Source: the human T2T-CHM13v2.0 reference genome, Homo sapiens. From it: a stretch of 64,000 nucleotides of DNA. The notes below the pieces were generated by a model. That model saw nothing but the letters and a program-made list of their open reading frames with translations, was not told where the DNA came from and ran no database searches. Position 1 is the first letter of the stretch. Each line of letters opens with the position of its first letter. The stretch is from NCBI RefSeq assembly GCF_009914755.1, contig NC_060947.1. The stretch is one strand, 5' to 3'. Positions 1-15,434 of the stretch are shown here, in pieces. Position numbers and translations under genes: made by a program.

Positions 1-124
1 ATTACATATTAAAACATATATTACATATATTACATACCACAAAATTCATCATTTTAATGTGTACAATCCAATGGTATTTAGTATATTTACAAGGTTATGC
101 AACCAACAATTCCATCGCCCTCTC

Positions 125-351
125 ATGTATATATATATGTGTGTATATATATATATAGTGTGTATATATATAGATATATATGTGTGTATATATAGATATA
201 TATGTGTGTATATATATAGATATATATGTGTGTATATATAGATATATATGTGTGTATATATATGTGTATATATATAGATATATATGTGTATATATAGATA
301 TATATGTGTATATATATAGATATGTTTGAGTGATGGAAATATACATATTTC

Positions 352-385
<34 letters not shown>

Positions 386-395
386 TATACATATA
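125..395. repeat. Complex (TA)n/(TG)n-derived repeat with ~22-24 bp higher-order units
   Basis: Repeated tatatagatatatatgtgtgta units seen directly. Confidence 0.95.
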
Positions 396-796
396 TGGGA
401 ACCCTCCTCATTTCCTCCTCAAGTGTTCCTGGAAACCATTAATTTACATTTTGTCTCTAAGAAATCATATATACTGGACATTTTATAAGTGATATCTTAT
501 AATGTATGGTTCTTTGTGCTTGGCTTTTTTCAATTAGAGTAATAGTTTTAAGGTGCATCCATGTTGTAGCATGTATCAGTATTAAATTCCTTTATATGTA
601 AAATTAATAATTAATCATATAGTTATAGCGCATTTTGTTGATCCATTCATTAGTTGATGGATATTATGTATAATGCTGCTATAAATATTTGCGTATATAT
701 GTTCTCACTTCTCTTGGGTGGATACCTAGCAGTGGAATAACCGGGTTATATGGTAATTCTATGTTATTGCCACAGCTGTTATATATGCTGCCAAAC

Positions 797-917
797 TATA
801 TATATATGTATATATATGTATATATGTATATATACGTATATATATATGTATATATATGTATATATGTATATATACGTATATATATATGTATATATATGTA
901 TATATATGTATATATAT
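797..917. repeat. (TATATATATG)n-like simple repeat
   Basis: Seen directly; includes two copies of a 40-bp unit ending tatatacgta. Confidence 0.95.
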
Positions 918-1355
918 TTTAAAGTTTTATACATATATATTAAATGTTAACCATATATGTATTAAATTTTAAATAAATAGATATACATTACATTTTATGT
1001 TTTAAAATTTTAAGACAATTCCTGCCAAACTATTTTCCATAGTGGCTGTACCATCTACATTTTCACTCTTGATGTATGAGTGATATGAGAATTTCACTTT
1101 CTCCACATTCTTGCTAACATTTGTTATTGTCTGTCTATAGCCATTTTAATAACTGTGAAGTAATAGCTTATTGTGATTTGGACTCACCTTTTTCTAATGA
1201 CTAATGATGTTGAACATCTTTTCATGCATTTATTGTCTATTTGTATATCTTCTTTGGAAAAATATTTATTCAAACCTTTTGCTCATTTAAAATATGGTTA
1301 TTTGTATTTTTATCATTGAGTTATAAGATATCCATATACTATGGATATAAGACCA

Positions 1356-1830
1356 TGTGGTACGCTAAAAATATGGTTCCCCAAATCATATCCAACTTCT
1401 AATCCCTGGAACCTGTGAATGGTGTCTTATATTGTGCCAAAAAAAAGTGTCCTCACAGTTTTGATTAAGTTAAGAATCTTGAGATTATCCTGGATTATCT
1501 AGGTGGATCCTAAACACTGTCATGTATCCCTAGAAGAGAGAGGCAGAGAAAGAGTTCAGATACAGACAGAAAGAGGAGAAGAAACACATAAAGAAGAGAA
1601 GGCAATGTGAAGACAGAGTAGAGAGAAATTGGAAGGTTCTGGCCTTGAAGATTGGAGTCATGTGGTCACAAACCAAGAAATGCCAGCAGCCACCAAAGGC
1701 TGGAAGAATCAAAGAATGAATTCCCCTTGAGAACTTCCAGAGATAGTATAACGCTGCTGACATATTTTGGCTCAATTACACTGATTTTATACTTCTGGCC
1801 TCCAGGACGATGAAATAACAAATTTCTTTT
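1356..1830 (+). mobile_element. MaLR solo LTR, MLT1C/MLT1D-like
   Basis: TGTGGTA start; ctaatccctggaacctgtgaat; gagattatcctggattatc; acttctggcctccagga. Confidence 0.8.
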
Positions 1831-1889
1831 AGAATAAACCCTGTTTGGAAATATTACATTATCCTTTCATTTATAACACAGAAAACAAA

Positions 1890-2240
1890 TTTGAGGAGCT
1901 TGGCATGTAAGGTACTTATTAAAGAGTACTTTGGGGATCAACACCTGTGGAATGGAGGGGAAGGAAATGGGGATGTTCAGAGGGAGAAGTCACACTGTGA
2001 TGAGACCCAAGAACTTTAGCTGATACCATGGAAAGCTCCAGAGCTGGAACGATCCTTCAGTACTGTGTCGAGGGAGAGTACAAGAAAAGGGCTTCCTTAC
2101 TCCATTCTCAGCCTTAGCAGATTGTTACTCCAGTTTGGCAATACACCTATAGTACTAGCCAACAGAGACACTGCAATTTTGAAATAAGTCCAGAGCCAAC
2201 TCTATGAGAGTAGTGATCAGAGAGTATCTGGGCACTGCTT
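1890..2240 (-). mobile_element. Ancient ERVL LTR fragment (LTR16/LTR33-like)
   Basis: ggggatcaacacctgtggaa...cagagggagaagt motif typical of this LTR group. Confidence 0.55.
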
Positions 2241-3109
2241 CCATTTGGATTTGAGTGTTAACCTGGTACCTGGCCAGATGCGTCTTTGAAAAACAAAACA
2301 AAACAAAAAACCCCCCAAAACTAAAAGTCTTGCTACTTTGATTCCAAAACATTTTTATGAAGGGAACACACCTTTTTGGAGTTACTTCTGCTTCCATTTC
2401 AAACTCTATTACCACTGATGTACACAGTGAATATACTGGCATTGATATTTACATTTGGTTATTGTTACCTGCATTCAGAATGCCAATTGTCTGTTCACAC
2501 AAAATTGAGAAGCTTTTCATTCTTTGCATTCCACATTACTTTTTAAATCTCAATAGATCTAAGAACAGTAACAAAATACTGATGCATTAGTCATTAGCTC
2601 AATGTATTTTGTCGGCAAGATGCTAAAGGAACATCTAACTCAGTGGGCAATCAGAGCCTTAGAGGAAAAAGTTTTAACTCAATGACATTTCCCAACAATA
2701 GGTGTTTTACTCACCACTGCCACCCTCAAAAACCTAATCCTTTTAACTGCTATAAACCCATCACAATAGTCTATAAATATGACTAAATAGTTCTTCCTAC
2801 TCTTCAGAATTGACTCCATATCTTCAACTGCCTACTGGATATCACACACTCCAACACAGCATTGTCAAAACCTGACATCAACCTCTAGTCCTAATCAGAG
2901 CCTGCCTCTAACTTATTCCTGACACTATCCTTCCAGATATATGGTTCAAAATTATGTCATCCTTGATCCTTTTTCACTTCTGCTTTATTTTCACAGTCAC
3001 TTATACCATACCAACATTGCTGTGAAATCCTTTAGTTTTTATCTCTGAGCCCGGTGTCTACTTTCTCTAAGCTATCTCAGATATAGCTGTCAGATAATCT
3101 GCCTTAAAC

Positions 3110-3915
<806 letters not shown>

Positions 3916-4629
3916 GCTGCTCAAAACACCCTTTTTTGTTTTTATTATAATTCTACTCAGAACCTTCAATAACTTACTTATGTCAAAATTTCCTTCTCTC
4001 TTTTAAGATCTCCATAATCTTGACTTATGCTATTTTGTCAGCCTTATTTATACTACTGTACAATATAACCCTCTATTGTAGGAGTGGATGCAAACATTCT
4101 ACCTGAACTAGTCTATTCCTACTCTTTCTCTCCCCCTCTCTTTAATTTTAATATTTTTACGTGTACATTTTGCTTGTACCATTCCCATGACTTAAAACGT
4201 CTCCTCTGAGCCACATATTGTCTTTGGGCAAGTTCTATCTGTTCTTTAAGGCCCAAATTGAGCACTGTCTCCTTTAAAAAAAATCTCTGTTCTAGCCCTT
4301 ACTGAGGTATCCATGGCAGAACATGTGATTTAAATTGGATTACAGCATCTACCTGTACTCTGTCAAATATTTTATAAATCTGATGTCACATTTGCAAAAT
4401 GGTAGTCATAAATCAGAGTTATAGAGCTAAAAGAAGCTATCTAGCCTATAAGATTTTATATAACCTTGAATCATGATCAGGCTCTAATCATTGAACTTAC
4501 ATGTGGGAGTCCACTCTAAGTGTTAATTTTTCCTATATATTGATAAAAAAGGCAACTGATTGCATACTTATTTAAGACACCATATTGGTTCAGATCATGA
4601 CTTTTGCAGATTAGAAAGACATAAGTTTT

Positions 4630-4790
4630 AATATTGGGTTTCATACCTCTTTTCAAATTTGCAATATGGGGATAATAGTAGTTCCTTCTTTCCAGTGTTT
4701 CTTTGAGAATGAAAATAGATAATCCATGTAAAGTGCTTAGCACAGTGCCTGGTATACATTAAGCACTCAAGGAGGCTACCATTATTACCC
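4630..4790 (+). mobile_element. MIR SINE fragment
   Basis: atggggataatagta...taatccatgtaaagtgcttagcacagtgcctgg core. Confidence 0.8.
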
Positions 4791-4912
4791 TTCTGACCAA
4801 ATTGACCAAAACATCTAGATCAATTCAGTTCGCAGGTATGATGGATGTATTGATTTTTATGAATTAACTGTAGTGTTAAGCAACCAGTTATGATGGTATC
4901 ATCAACTCTCCA

Positions 4913-5279
4913 TGTCTTAGTCAGTTCGGGTTGCTACAACAAAGTACCATAAACTGTGTGGCTTATAAACGACAGACAATTGTTTCTCAAAATTCTAGAG
5001 GCTGAAAGTCGGAGATCAGTGTGCCAGCATGGTCAGGGTCTGGTGAGAGCTCTCTTCTGGATTGCAGACTGCCAACTTCTCACAGTACTCTCACATGGCA
5101 GAAAGAGGGTGAGAGTACTTCCTGGGGTCCCTTTTATAAGGGCACTAATCCCATTCACAAGGACTCCACTCTCATGACCTAATCACCTCCCGAAGGCCCC
5201 ACCTCCTAATACCAGGACATTGGTGATTAGGATTTCAGCATATTAATTTTGGGGGGACACAAACATTTTGTCCATTGCA
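4913..5279 (-). mobile_element. MaLR solo LTR, MLT1A/MLT1A0
   Basis: TGTCTTAGTC...CCATTGCA termini; ttttataagggcactaatcccattca; near-match 5-bp TSD ctcca/ctcaa. Confidence 0.88.
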
Positions 5280-5645
5280 CTCAATGATAGACTTTCAGAA
5301 AACTCAAAGAAGAAAGCATTTTGAGATTTGTGGGACATTAGTATGAATGATCTTCACTCAGCGTCGTATCTGATAATAAAACCATAGACTCTGCCTATGA
5401 GTACCTGGGTGGACAAAAGACTGATGGGACTCTGTTTGAAGAATATTTAAGAACCTTGCCAGCTTCTCTTGAAGGCAGAAAGTAAAAGCACTAAGGATCA
5501 GCTGCTTGTGTGAATTCCAATTTGGAAGGTTTGAAGAACAACAGGGCATTCTCACAAACCAAAAACTCACTACCTATGTGCATTGCTTCCCACAGTTCCA
5601 GATGAGAAGAAGAATCAAGAGAAAAAGGAAGTACAAGAACATAAA

Positions 5646-5906
5646 ATTGCCATTCTAACTGGTGTGAGATGATATCTCATTGTGGTTTTGATTTGCATTT
5701 CTCTGATGGCCAGTGATGATGAGCATTTTTTCATGTGTCTGTTGGCTGCATAAATGTCATCTTTTGAGAAGTATCTGTTCATATCCTTCGCCCACTTTTC
5801 GATGGGGTTGTTTGTTTTTTTCTTGTAAATCTGTTTGAGTTCTTTGTAGATTCTGGATATTAGCCCTTTGTCAGATGATCTTTTCTATTATTTAATGTTC
5901 AAAATG

Positions 5907-5946
<40 letters not shown>

Positions 5947-6006
5947 CAATAAATGAAACCTGATGACTGGAAAAATAAAAAAAATTTAAAGAAAAAATTA
6001 TAAAAA
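5646..6006 (+). mobile_element. L1-mediated insertion: inverted L1PA ORF2 segment (5646-5878) + non-L1 sequence + AATAAA + poly(A)
   Basis: TSD AACATAAAATTG at 5638-5649 and 6007-6018; AATAAA at 5948-5953; A-rich tail from 5971. Confidence 0.85.
5911..5943. repeat. (TA)n microsatellite
   Basis: Seen directly. Confidence 0.97.
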
Positions 6007-6390
6007 AACATAAAATTGGTGTACACATGTTAAATAACATGTTGAGTCAATCATACTCATCAAGTACAAACTAGGGTTGGCTTAATTAGATTATGGAACT
6101 TAATTTTGGCAACATTTGTCTGTAGAAATGCTTTAGGTTCAGTAGTGGAGCTGAAAATTCTCAGACGCAAAGTGCTGCATGTGTTAGCAAAGATCCCTTA
6201 ACAGTCTGTTTAAGCAGAGTGACTGGCATATACTAGGAAGTCAATGAATGTTCACTTTCATACCTAAATGTAAAATAAAATAAACGGATTGATTGCAAAC
6301 AGAGGGTTATTTTGTTCATACCTATGGAAGGAGGAAAAGATAAATCTCCCTTATTGGAGATGCATTTGCTTTACGTTGATGTAAATAATT

Positions 6391-6409
6391 TGTGTGTGTG
6401 TGTGTGTGT
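6391..6409. repeat. (TG)n microsatellite
   Basis: Seen directly. Confidence 0.9.
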
Positions 6410-7742
6410 AAGACTCAGCTTAGGTGCTTGCTTCTTATGGCAACTTTCACTGACACCTCCACCATCCAGGCTGGTAAGGAGCCTCTCTTCTGCAAGTTCC
6501 TGTGGTTACCTCCACCACAGCACTTCTCACACGTGATAGAATCATCTAGTCCTCTTTTCAGATTGTGAGCTCCTTGAGCTCTCACCTTAGCACTTCCATC
6601 TTATTCACTCACCACTGTAACCCAGCACAGTTTCTAACATTAACTTAAATGTCTACTAGAACTCCATAAGATATTTATAAACATCCCTAAGTTATGATGT
6701 TGCTTAGTAGGAGAGAATGGAGCCATCTATTTAACTGAGTTTTTTGGCTAAATAAAGGCTAGAGATTTTTGTAGTGAAACTGCCTAGAACAATAGAATTT
6801 TGATATCTGAGTTAACTGGGAAAGGAGTAGTGTATCTGTTTTAGATGTATAGATATCTAGAACTGTAGCATTTTGTTAACCAAACAACTTAAGTCTAACA
6901 AGTAATCAATAGTTGTGTACACACTCTTTGAGAGTCATAAAGATATACAATTGAACTTTACTGACTTTGTCTAGCCAGATTAAATAAACACAATGGAAAA
7001 ATGAAAATATTCCCCCTACGTTTTACAGTTAAAAGCAGAAAGCTCTAGAAGGCCATGAAAAAGTAGCAGATAGCCAAAAGAATACATTTCAAATGTAAAG
7101 TTTAATAAAAAAATACTATATAAAAACCACACCAAAGTATTCTGAAAACAAACAAACATATAGATCTATTTTTTTAAACCACCTAAGTGTGGCCACTGGA
7201 AAATACATGTTAAGGTAATAACAATTTAAAAAAACAGGGATGAAATTGAACAAGCTAGCAAAATACTTCCACATCAGCTACTGATTCAATTTTCTCCTCA
7301 AAATCAAAAATATACTTGTATGGAGTTACAGAAGATAGCAGAAATAGATAGCTAGTTTGCAGAGAGGAGAGCAGGGCTTTAAATCTAGGAATTTGTAAAT
7401 TTACCTTTTATTTCCCTATTGGGTCATCTGCTTTGCTTTCTTCATCCCATACTTTTATTGCCAGCATGCCTTGCCACTCTGCCTTACATGGCTAAGGGGA
7501 TGAGAAGCATTTATAAACTTGGCATATAGTTTTTAGTTTATCCAAGATATTCCTCTAAGAAATAGAGCTTTCACTTCACCTGGCTATCAAGACTTTGATT
7601 TGCTAAGTTGTTCAGAAGAAACTGCTCACCTAACTTCTACTCCCCTAACTTGCAGCCATCACTGGCTACAGTCACAGTGTTTAGTGGGATTCAGACAGCA
7701 GGTTCTGATCACTGTATCACAGCTTCTCCCTTATAATTGACC

Positions 7743-8589
7743 TTTTGTTTTTGTTTGTTTGTTTTTGAGGTTTTTTTTTAATTATACTTTAAGTTCTAGG
7801 GTACATGTGCACAACATGCAGTTTTGTTATATATGTATACATGTGTCATGTTGGTGTGCTGCACCCATTAACCGTCATTTACATTAGGTATATCTCCTAA
7901 TGCTATCCCTCCCCGCTCCCCCCACCCCACGACAGACCCCGGTGTGTGATGTTCCCCTTCCTGTGTCCATGTGTTCTCATTGTTCAATTCCCACCTATGA
8001 GTGAAAACATGCGGCATTTGGTTTTTTGTCCTTGCGATAGTTTGCTGAGATTGATGGTTTCCAGCTTCATCCATGTCCTTACAAACGACATGAACTCATC
8101 CTTTTTTATGGCTGCATAGTATTCCATGGTGTATATGTGCCACATTTTCTTAATCCAGTCTATCATTTACGGACATTTGGGTTGGTTCCAAGTCTTTGCT
8201 ATTGTGTATAGTTCCACAATAAACATACGTGTGTATGTGTCTTTATAGCAGCATGATTTATAATCCTTTGGGTCATATATACCCAGTAACGGGATGGCTG
8301 GGTCAAATGGTATTTCTAGTTCTAGATCCTTGAGGAATCGCCACACTGTCTTCCACAGTGGTTGAACTAGTACAGACACTTCTCAAAAGAAGACATTTAT
8401 ACAGCCAACGGACACGTGAAAAAATGCTCATCATCACTGGCCATCAGGGAAATGCAAATCAAAACCGCAATGAGATACCATCTCACACCAGTTAGAATGG
8501 CGATCATTAAAAAGTCAGGAAACAACAGGTGCTGGAGAGAAAGTGGAGAAATAGGAACACTTTTACACTGTTGGTGGGACTGTAAACTA
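7743..8589 (-). mobile_element. 5'-truncated, 5'-inverted L1PA (about L1PA4)
   Basis: T-rich tail 7743-7779; antisense 3'UTR/ORF2 end to ~8371; then plus-strand ORF2 segment 8372-8589; imperfect TSD tataattgacctttt (7732-7746) / tatagttgactttt (8591-8604). Confidence 0.92.
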
Positions 8590-9419
8590 CTATAGTTGAC
8601 TTTTAACTGCCAGAGAATCCATAGTACTGCTTAGAGGTTGCAGAGATTCTAACAATTGCTGTTCAGGAAGTGACAACTGGAGAAAATAGCAAGCAGCCAG
8701 CTGATAGTTTTGTGTTGGTTAAAAAATATTTTTTACATTTTAATATGTATAAGAATCACTTTGATAGTAGAACGAGGAAGATGATGAACAAGCGAGGGTG
8801 GTTAGTTCCTCTCCAGAATCCAGTGTTGGAAATATTTTACAAGTAAGAGGGAAGTTGGTTAATTTCAGAACCTAACAAGTGGCTCTTACACATCCTGGTA
8901 TGTGTAAAGTTAACAGCAGATTCAGGGGAAGAGAACCACACGTTATGTATGGGGAATATAGGTGCAGGAAGCATATTTTGTTGTTCTCTTGTCCCTCCCA
9001 CATGTTGCCTTGGACATATCATTGTCTATCTCTTTAGGGCGTTAAAGCAAGGCCAGTTTAAGGGGTAGCTAGGTACTGTTAGTGATATGTAGAAGCCCAG
9101 CTGAGTTAAGGAAGAAATCACAGGTGTATTTCGACTGGCAAGCCTTTAAGCATTTCCTCCCGTCTCCATCATTTACTCTCTACCCTTTAATTTGTGGGCT
9201 AGGTTATTAAAACTCAAAAAGATAGCTCTTGGAAAAGTCAGTACTTATGATTCAAGCATTGAGGGGATCCCTGAATGTAAGGATTGCCAAGAGGCAAATG
9301 GTACATGATTGAAACAAGATTATAATACCAGATAATCTCATTTACTTGAAAGCATATGGGATCTAAGCTCTTTCCTTTCCCTTAGGTACATATTACTGGC
9401 CAAGTAAGTTGATACACTT

Positions 9420-10581
<1,162 letters not shown>

Positions 10582-11401
10582 CTATTTGAAAGCACATCTG
10601 GGGAACATACTCCAGCATAATGAAACGTATCAATCCAGGAGGCAGTGCTTCATCTATAGTGCATATCTATATGTTGAATGAATAAAAAATGGTGCATTAC
10701 AGGTATTTTGTGGCCATCTTCTTTCATATTAGGAAAACATATCCATGGTTTCATTCGTATTGCAACTTCTTTTCTACGCAACCTGTGATCATTCAAAAAT
10801 TCTCATTTTTTAATTGGAACTTTGTATTATACTGGAACCAATAGGACACACACAGGTTATATCTCTTTTTTGGCTATGATCTAACCATTAGAAAAATATG
10901 TATCAAAGCGTGCTCTACACTAGGGCTGTGTCAGTGTTGAGGATAAAAAGTAATCAAAACATAGTGCCCGTGATATCAATGAGCTCATGGTATAGTATGA
11001 GAGACAGTCAATTAAACAGATGTTTACAATGAATTATGGAAAATATTAATAAAGAAAAAGGAAAAATGAACTGGTTCTCTTTAAAGATGTTGTGAAAGAG
11101 CTTGCTATGTTTGGGAAGTGGTAAGAAATTTTATTTCACTGGATTATATATGGCATGGTGGGAAGAGGTGGCAGCGAAATGGGATTGAATAGTAATTTCA
11201 AGTGTATTTCTATGTTTGTTACTGTGGAGATCTAGCTTACAAAAGTACAAGTGTATTACTAGCTTATGAGGCAAAGATATTTCAAGTATATTATTCTCTG
11301 AAATGTGTCCATTTCATTTATTACTTCTTTGTGGCTTAAACATCTTGTTTCTTTCTCCTTTCATCCAGGCAACAGACTTACCCTTAGAATTTTCAGTTGT
11401 C

Positions 11402-11733
<332 letters not shown>

Positions 11734-12489
11734 TCATAATTGTTTTTCCATCCAAGAATTCTGATGCATTTCTTTTTATCTTGCATGTGTGGCAGAATGA
11801 AGACAAGAGTCTGAGCCTCCAGCCATTTTGTGACTAACACTGCACAGGCAGTGGAGAATCATATGGTGGGGTATGTGGGGATATGTATATGTGTGAAAGG
11901 ATGTGGGTGGGGTACCAATAGGTGTTCAATGAAAATGACATTCTACAATGAATCCACTAGAAAAAAATTGGCTATTGGTTTATATAGCTCTCAGATTAAC
12001 TGCTAATTTACTTTTCAAATTCTGAGGAGCTCTCTGATGTATATTCACTCTAATTAAAACTGATTCTTAGCAAACATCGTCACCCATGCCATTATCCACA
12101 ATTAAAGGATGATTGTTCAGTCAAATCCTGAAATGAGAATATTCAGGTAATATTCTCTCATAAAAAGAACAAAAGTATTCATTTTAGCCAAAAATATGCA
12201 GTTTCTGTGGATATAATTTTGAACTCAAATTACTTTTAAAAAAAAAGATCATTTACATGCTTCATCATTTCCAGGGATAATGCATCTTACTGCCAAAGCT
12301 TTGAAACATTTTAACAATTCAACGATTTATTGTTCATCTCAAGTTATTGAAGTATGAATAGACTGCTAATAGTCATCTTTCTTTCTATTGAATGTTGATG
12401 CAATCTAAATTTTTTCTGTTATTTTCATCCATTTCCTTATTCAACCATATTTAGTTTTATCTTGCCAAGAATTTTTTACATAAAAATTT

Positions 12490-13825
12490 TAAGAAAATTT
12501 TACATTTATAGGGAAGTTTAAAATATATTAGTGTTTTCCTTAGTGTCCTCTAATGTGGACATCATTCATAAGCATGGTATATATACCAAAACTAAGAAAC
12601 TAACATTAGTATGATACTATTAACTAAATGACAGACTTTATTTTAATTTCACCAGTTTTTCCACTAATGTCCTTTTTTCTGTTCCAGGATCAAATCCCTT
12701 ATCCCCCATTGCATTTACCCATCATGTCTTCTTAGTAGCCTACAATCCGTTACAGAGATTTCTTCCTGCTTTGATGACTTTTACATCTTTGAAGAGTAGT
12801 ACTCAGAAATTTTAGTGAAAATCTCAATTCATGTTTGGCTATTTTCTAATGATTACACTGAGGCTATGGATTTTTAGAAAGAATACTACAGAGATGTGGT
12901 ACCCTTCTCATCACTTCATATCTGGGGCACATGATATAAATTTGCCTTATTACTGGTAATGTTAGCATTGATCATTGGTTAAGATAGTGTCTACCAGGCT
13001 TCTTCATTGTAAAGTGAGTATTTTACAATTAGTACACTTTATTCATTGGAGATGAGTAACCAAAGTCCAGCCTGTATTCAGAGGAGAGAAATTAAGTTCC
13101 ACCTCCAGGAAGGAAGAGTGTCAAAGAATTTGTGAACATATGTAAAAACAATTGCAGTAATGAATGAATTTGAGGGAGATACTTTAAGGCTGTCCAAATA
13201 TTCTATTTCCCCTGTGTTTTTACCCATAAATTTTGTAATTGATCTGTTGATTTTGCTTGTACTAATTATTCCTGTAGTGTTCTAATGATAGTTTTTCATT
13301 TCTATCATTCCTTCTATATTTATTAATTGGAATTTTTATAAATATGTGTCCCTTCTCCCATTTATTTATGTATTGAAAACCAAATATTTATATCCATATC
13401 AACTCAGTGACATTTATTTTATTCTTTGGATGATAATATAATTCTGTTATTATTTGTTTTGTTGCTCAAATTGATCAAGTTTTGATCATTGGGAACTCTT
13501 TCAGATGGGCATCTGTGTCCTTTTAACACACTCCCACCTGTATTTATTTTTAAAGCACTTCCTTACTTTCTGATATTATAAAATGCTCTATGCTTATATT
13601 TTATTTTTCATGTTTTAGCCTTAGATTCAGCTATTTCTCCAAACAGCATTGGTTCCCTTCAGGTAGGAAAGGTATTTGGAAACCGATATATAGGTGCTTA
13701 TTGTGCTGGTTGCTGCTAGGCTATTATTGTATCTATGCTATCTCAGTGGACAGAGGTAGGAAATGCATGCATATATACTAACTTTTGTATACATAAACAT
13801 GTATATTTATTTCTGTATGTATCTA
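12490..13825 (-). mobile_element. L1MC-type 3' UTR fragment (resumes at ~15075-15430)
   Basis: aactaaatgacagactttatt; ccactaatgtcctttttt-ctgttccaggatc; ttgttgctcaaattg motifs. Confidence 0.7.
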
Positions 13826-13828
13826 TCT

Positions 13829-14053
13829 CAGTGGTTCTCAACTGATGATGTCTTTACATCCACCCCACATCATTGCCAAGGAATATTTAGCAATGTATGA
13901 AGATATGTTTGTCATAGTTGGGAGGGTGTATTAGTGGCATCTAGTGGTAGAGGCCACAGATACTGGTAAACATTCTACAGTGCACAGGACATCTCCCCAC
14001 AACAAAGAAGCATCTGGCGCAAAATGTCAATAGTGCTGAAGTTGAGGACACTT
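13829..14053 (+). mobile_element. MER20 hAT-Charlie DNA transposon
   Basis: CAGTGGTTCTCAA start; ggcatctagtggtagaggcca; aaaatgtcaatagtgctgaagttgag. Confidence 0.9.
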
Positions 14054-14069
14054 CCAAATATATATATAT

Positions 14070-15072
14070 TAAATGGGAAAAGTACCTTAATAGACATTTC
14101 TCTAAAGAAGAAATGAAAATAGCCAACATATATATATATGTTATATAATGTTATATATATATAACATTAGCAATGTTGAGCACCTTTATATATATATTAT
14201 ATATATATCAACATTGCTAATTATTAGGGAAAAACAAACCAAAACCACAATGAGATAGCACCTCACACCTGATCGAATAGCAATTATTAAATAGTCAACA
14301 GATGACGAGTGTTTGTGAGGGTGTGGAGAAAAGCGAATGCTTGTACACTGTTGATGGAAAGTAAACTGATGCAGCCATTGTGGAAAGCAGTATGGAGGTT
14401 TCTGAAGAAATTAAAAATAGAATTTCCAGTGACAGAGTAAGCCTGATTCTGAGTGTATACCCAAAGGAGAGGAACTTATCACTTAGAAAGGAAATTCACA
14501 ATAGCCATGACATGGAAACAATCCATGTGTCTATGAATGAATTTTAAGAATGTGATATGCATACACACACATATACACACACAATGATATGTTATTCAGA
14601 CTTATAAAAGATCTTGATATTTGTGACAATATATGTGAACCTAGAAGACATTATTTGAAATAAGCTAGATACAGAAAGAAAAATATGGCATGATCTCGCT
14701 TATATGTGGAATCTAAAAAACAAACAAAAAAAGGAAACTCAAATACATAGAAACAGAGAGTTAAAAATAAATGGTTAGTGGGGGTGGGGTAAATGGGGAG
14801 ATGGAAATCAAAGGGAACAAAGTTTTAACTATGTATAATAAATAAGCCTAGAGATCTAATGTACAGCATGAGGACTATAATAATATTGTATTGTATACTA
14901 GTAATTTGTTAAGAGAATAGATTTTAGGTACATTTACCACAAAAAAAGTAACTATCTGAGATGATGGACATGTTAACTTGATCAACTGTAGTAATCATTT
15001 TACTAACCATATGTATATTAAAACATCATATTGTATACTTTAAATATATACAATGAAATAATGATAAAATAA
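14070..15072 (+). mobile_element. L1MA (about L1MA8-10) 3' end
   Basis: ORF2 C-terminal motifs plus ctagagatctaatgtacagcatgaggactata 3'UTR and A-rich end. Confidence 0.85.
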
Positions 15073-15434
15073 ACATGAGTTCATGTTGATATCTCCAACT
15101 ATAATCCTTCACTGCAGGGTTCATTTTAGCCTTCCTTCTTTACTTATTTGGAACCTCTTTCTCTGTTGGTGAGAAATCTGGCTTCCATTATGTATAACAT
15201 ACCTATAAGGAGGTTTAAGAATTGCTAACCCATATCCCTGTGAGAAAAAAATATCAACTAGAGTAGGATGTGTATGTACAGCTCTTTTTCCTTTATCCTT
15301 ACAATATCCAATCAGCTCTATATTTTTTCCAACCCCTTTTAGTGAGGTTATGTCGTACATTTACATTAAAGTTAAATTTATCTGTCACAGTTTGCATTTA
15401 ATCCTGGGGTTTCCAATATACTGGTTGTTTCCCA

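Larger units (their letters stand above)
36..1355 (-). mobile_element. Old L1 (L1MB/L1MC-type) 3' end fragment, interrupted by two TA-rich simple repeats
   Basis: Antisense L1 3'UTR/ORF2-end motifs (catccatgttgtagcatgtatcagt; gatacctagcagtggaat; gactaatgatgttgaacatcttttcatg). Confidence 0.8.

Noticed and set aside
49-950. Y/I/H-rich ORFs
   Set aside because: They are translations of TA/TG simple repeats.
13930-13950. CTCF motif in MER20 (minus strand CCACTAGATGCCAC)
   Set aside because: Mismatch at a key core G, and the motif is generic to the family.
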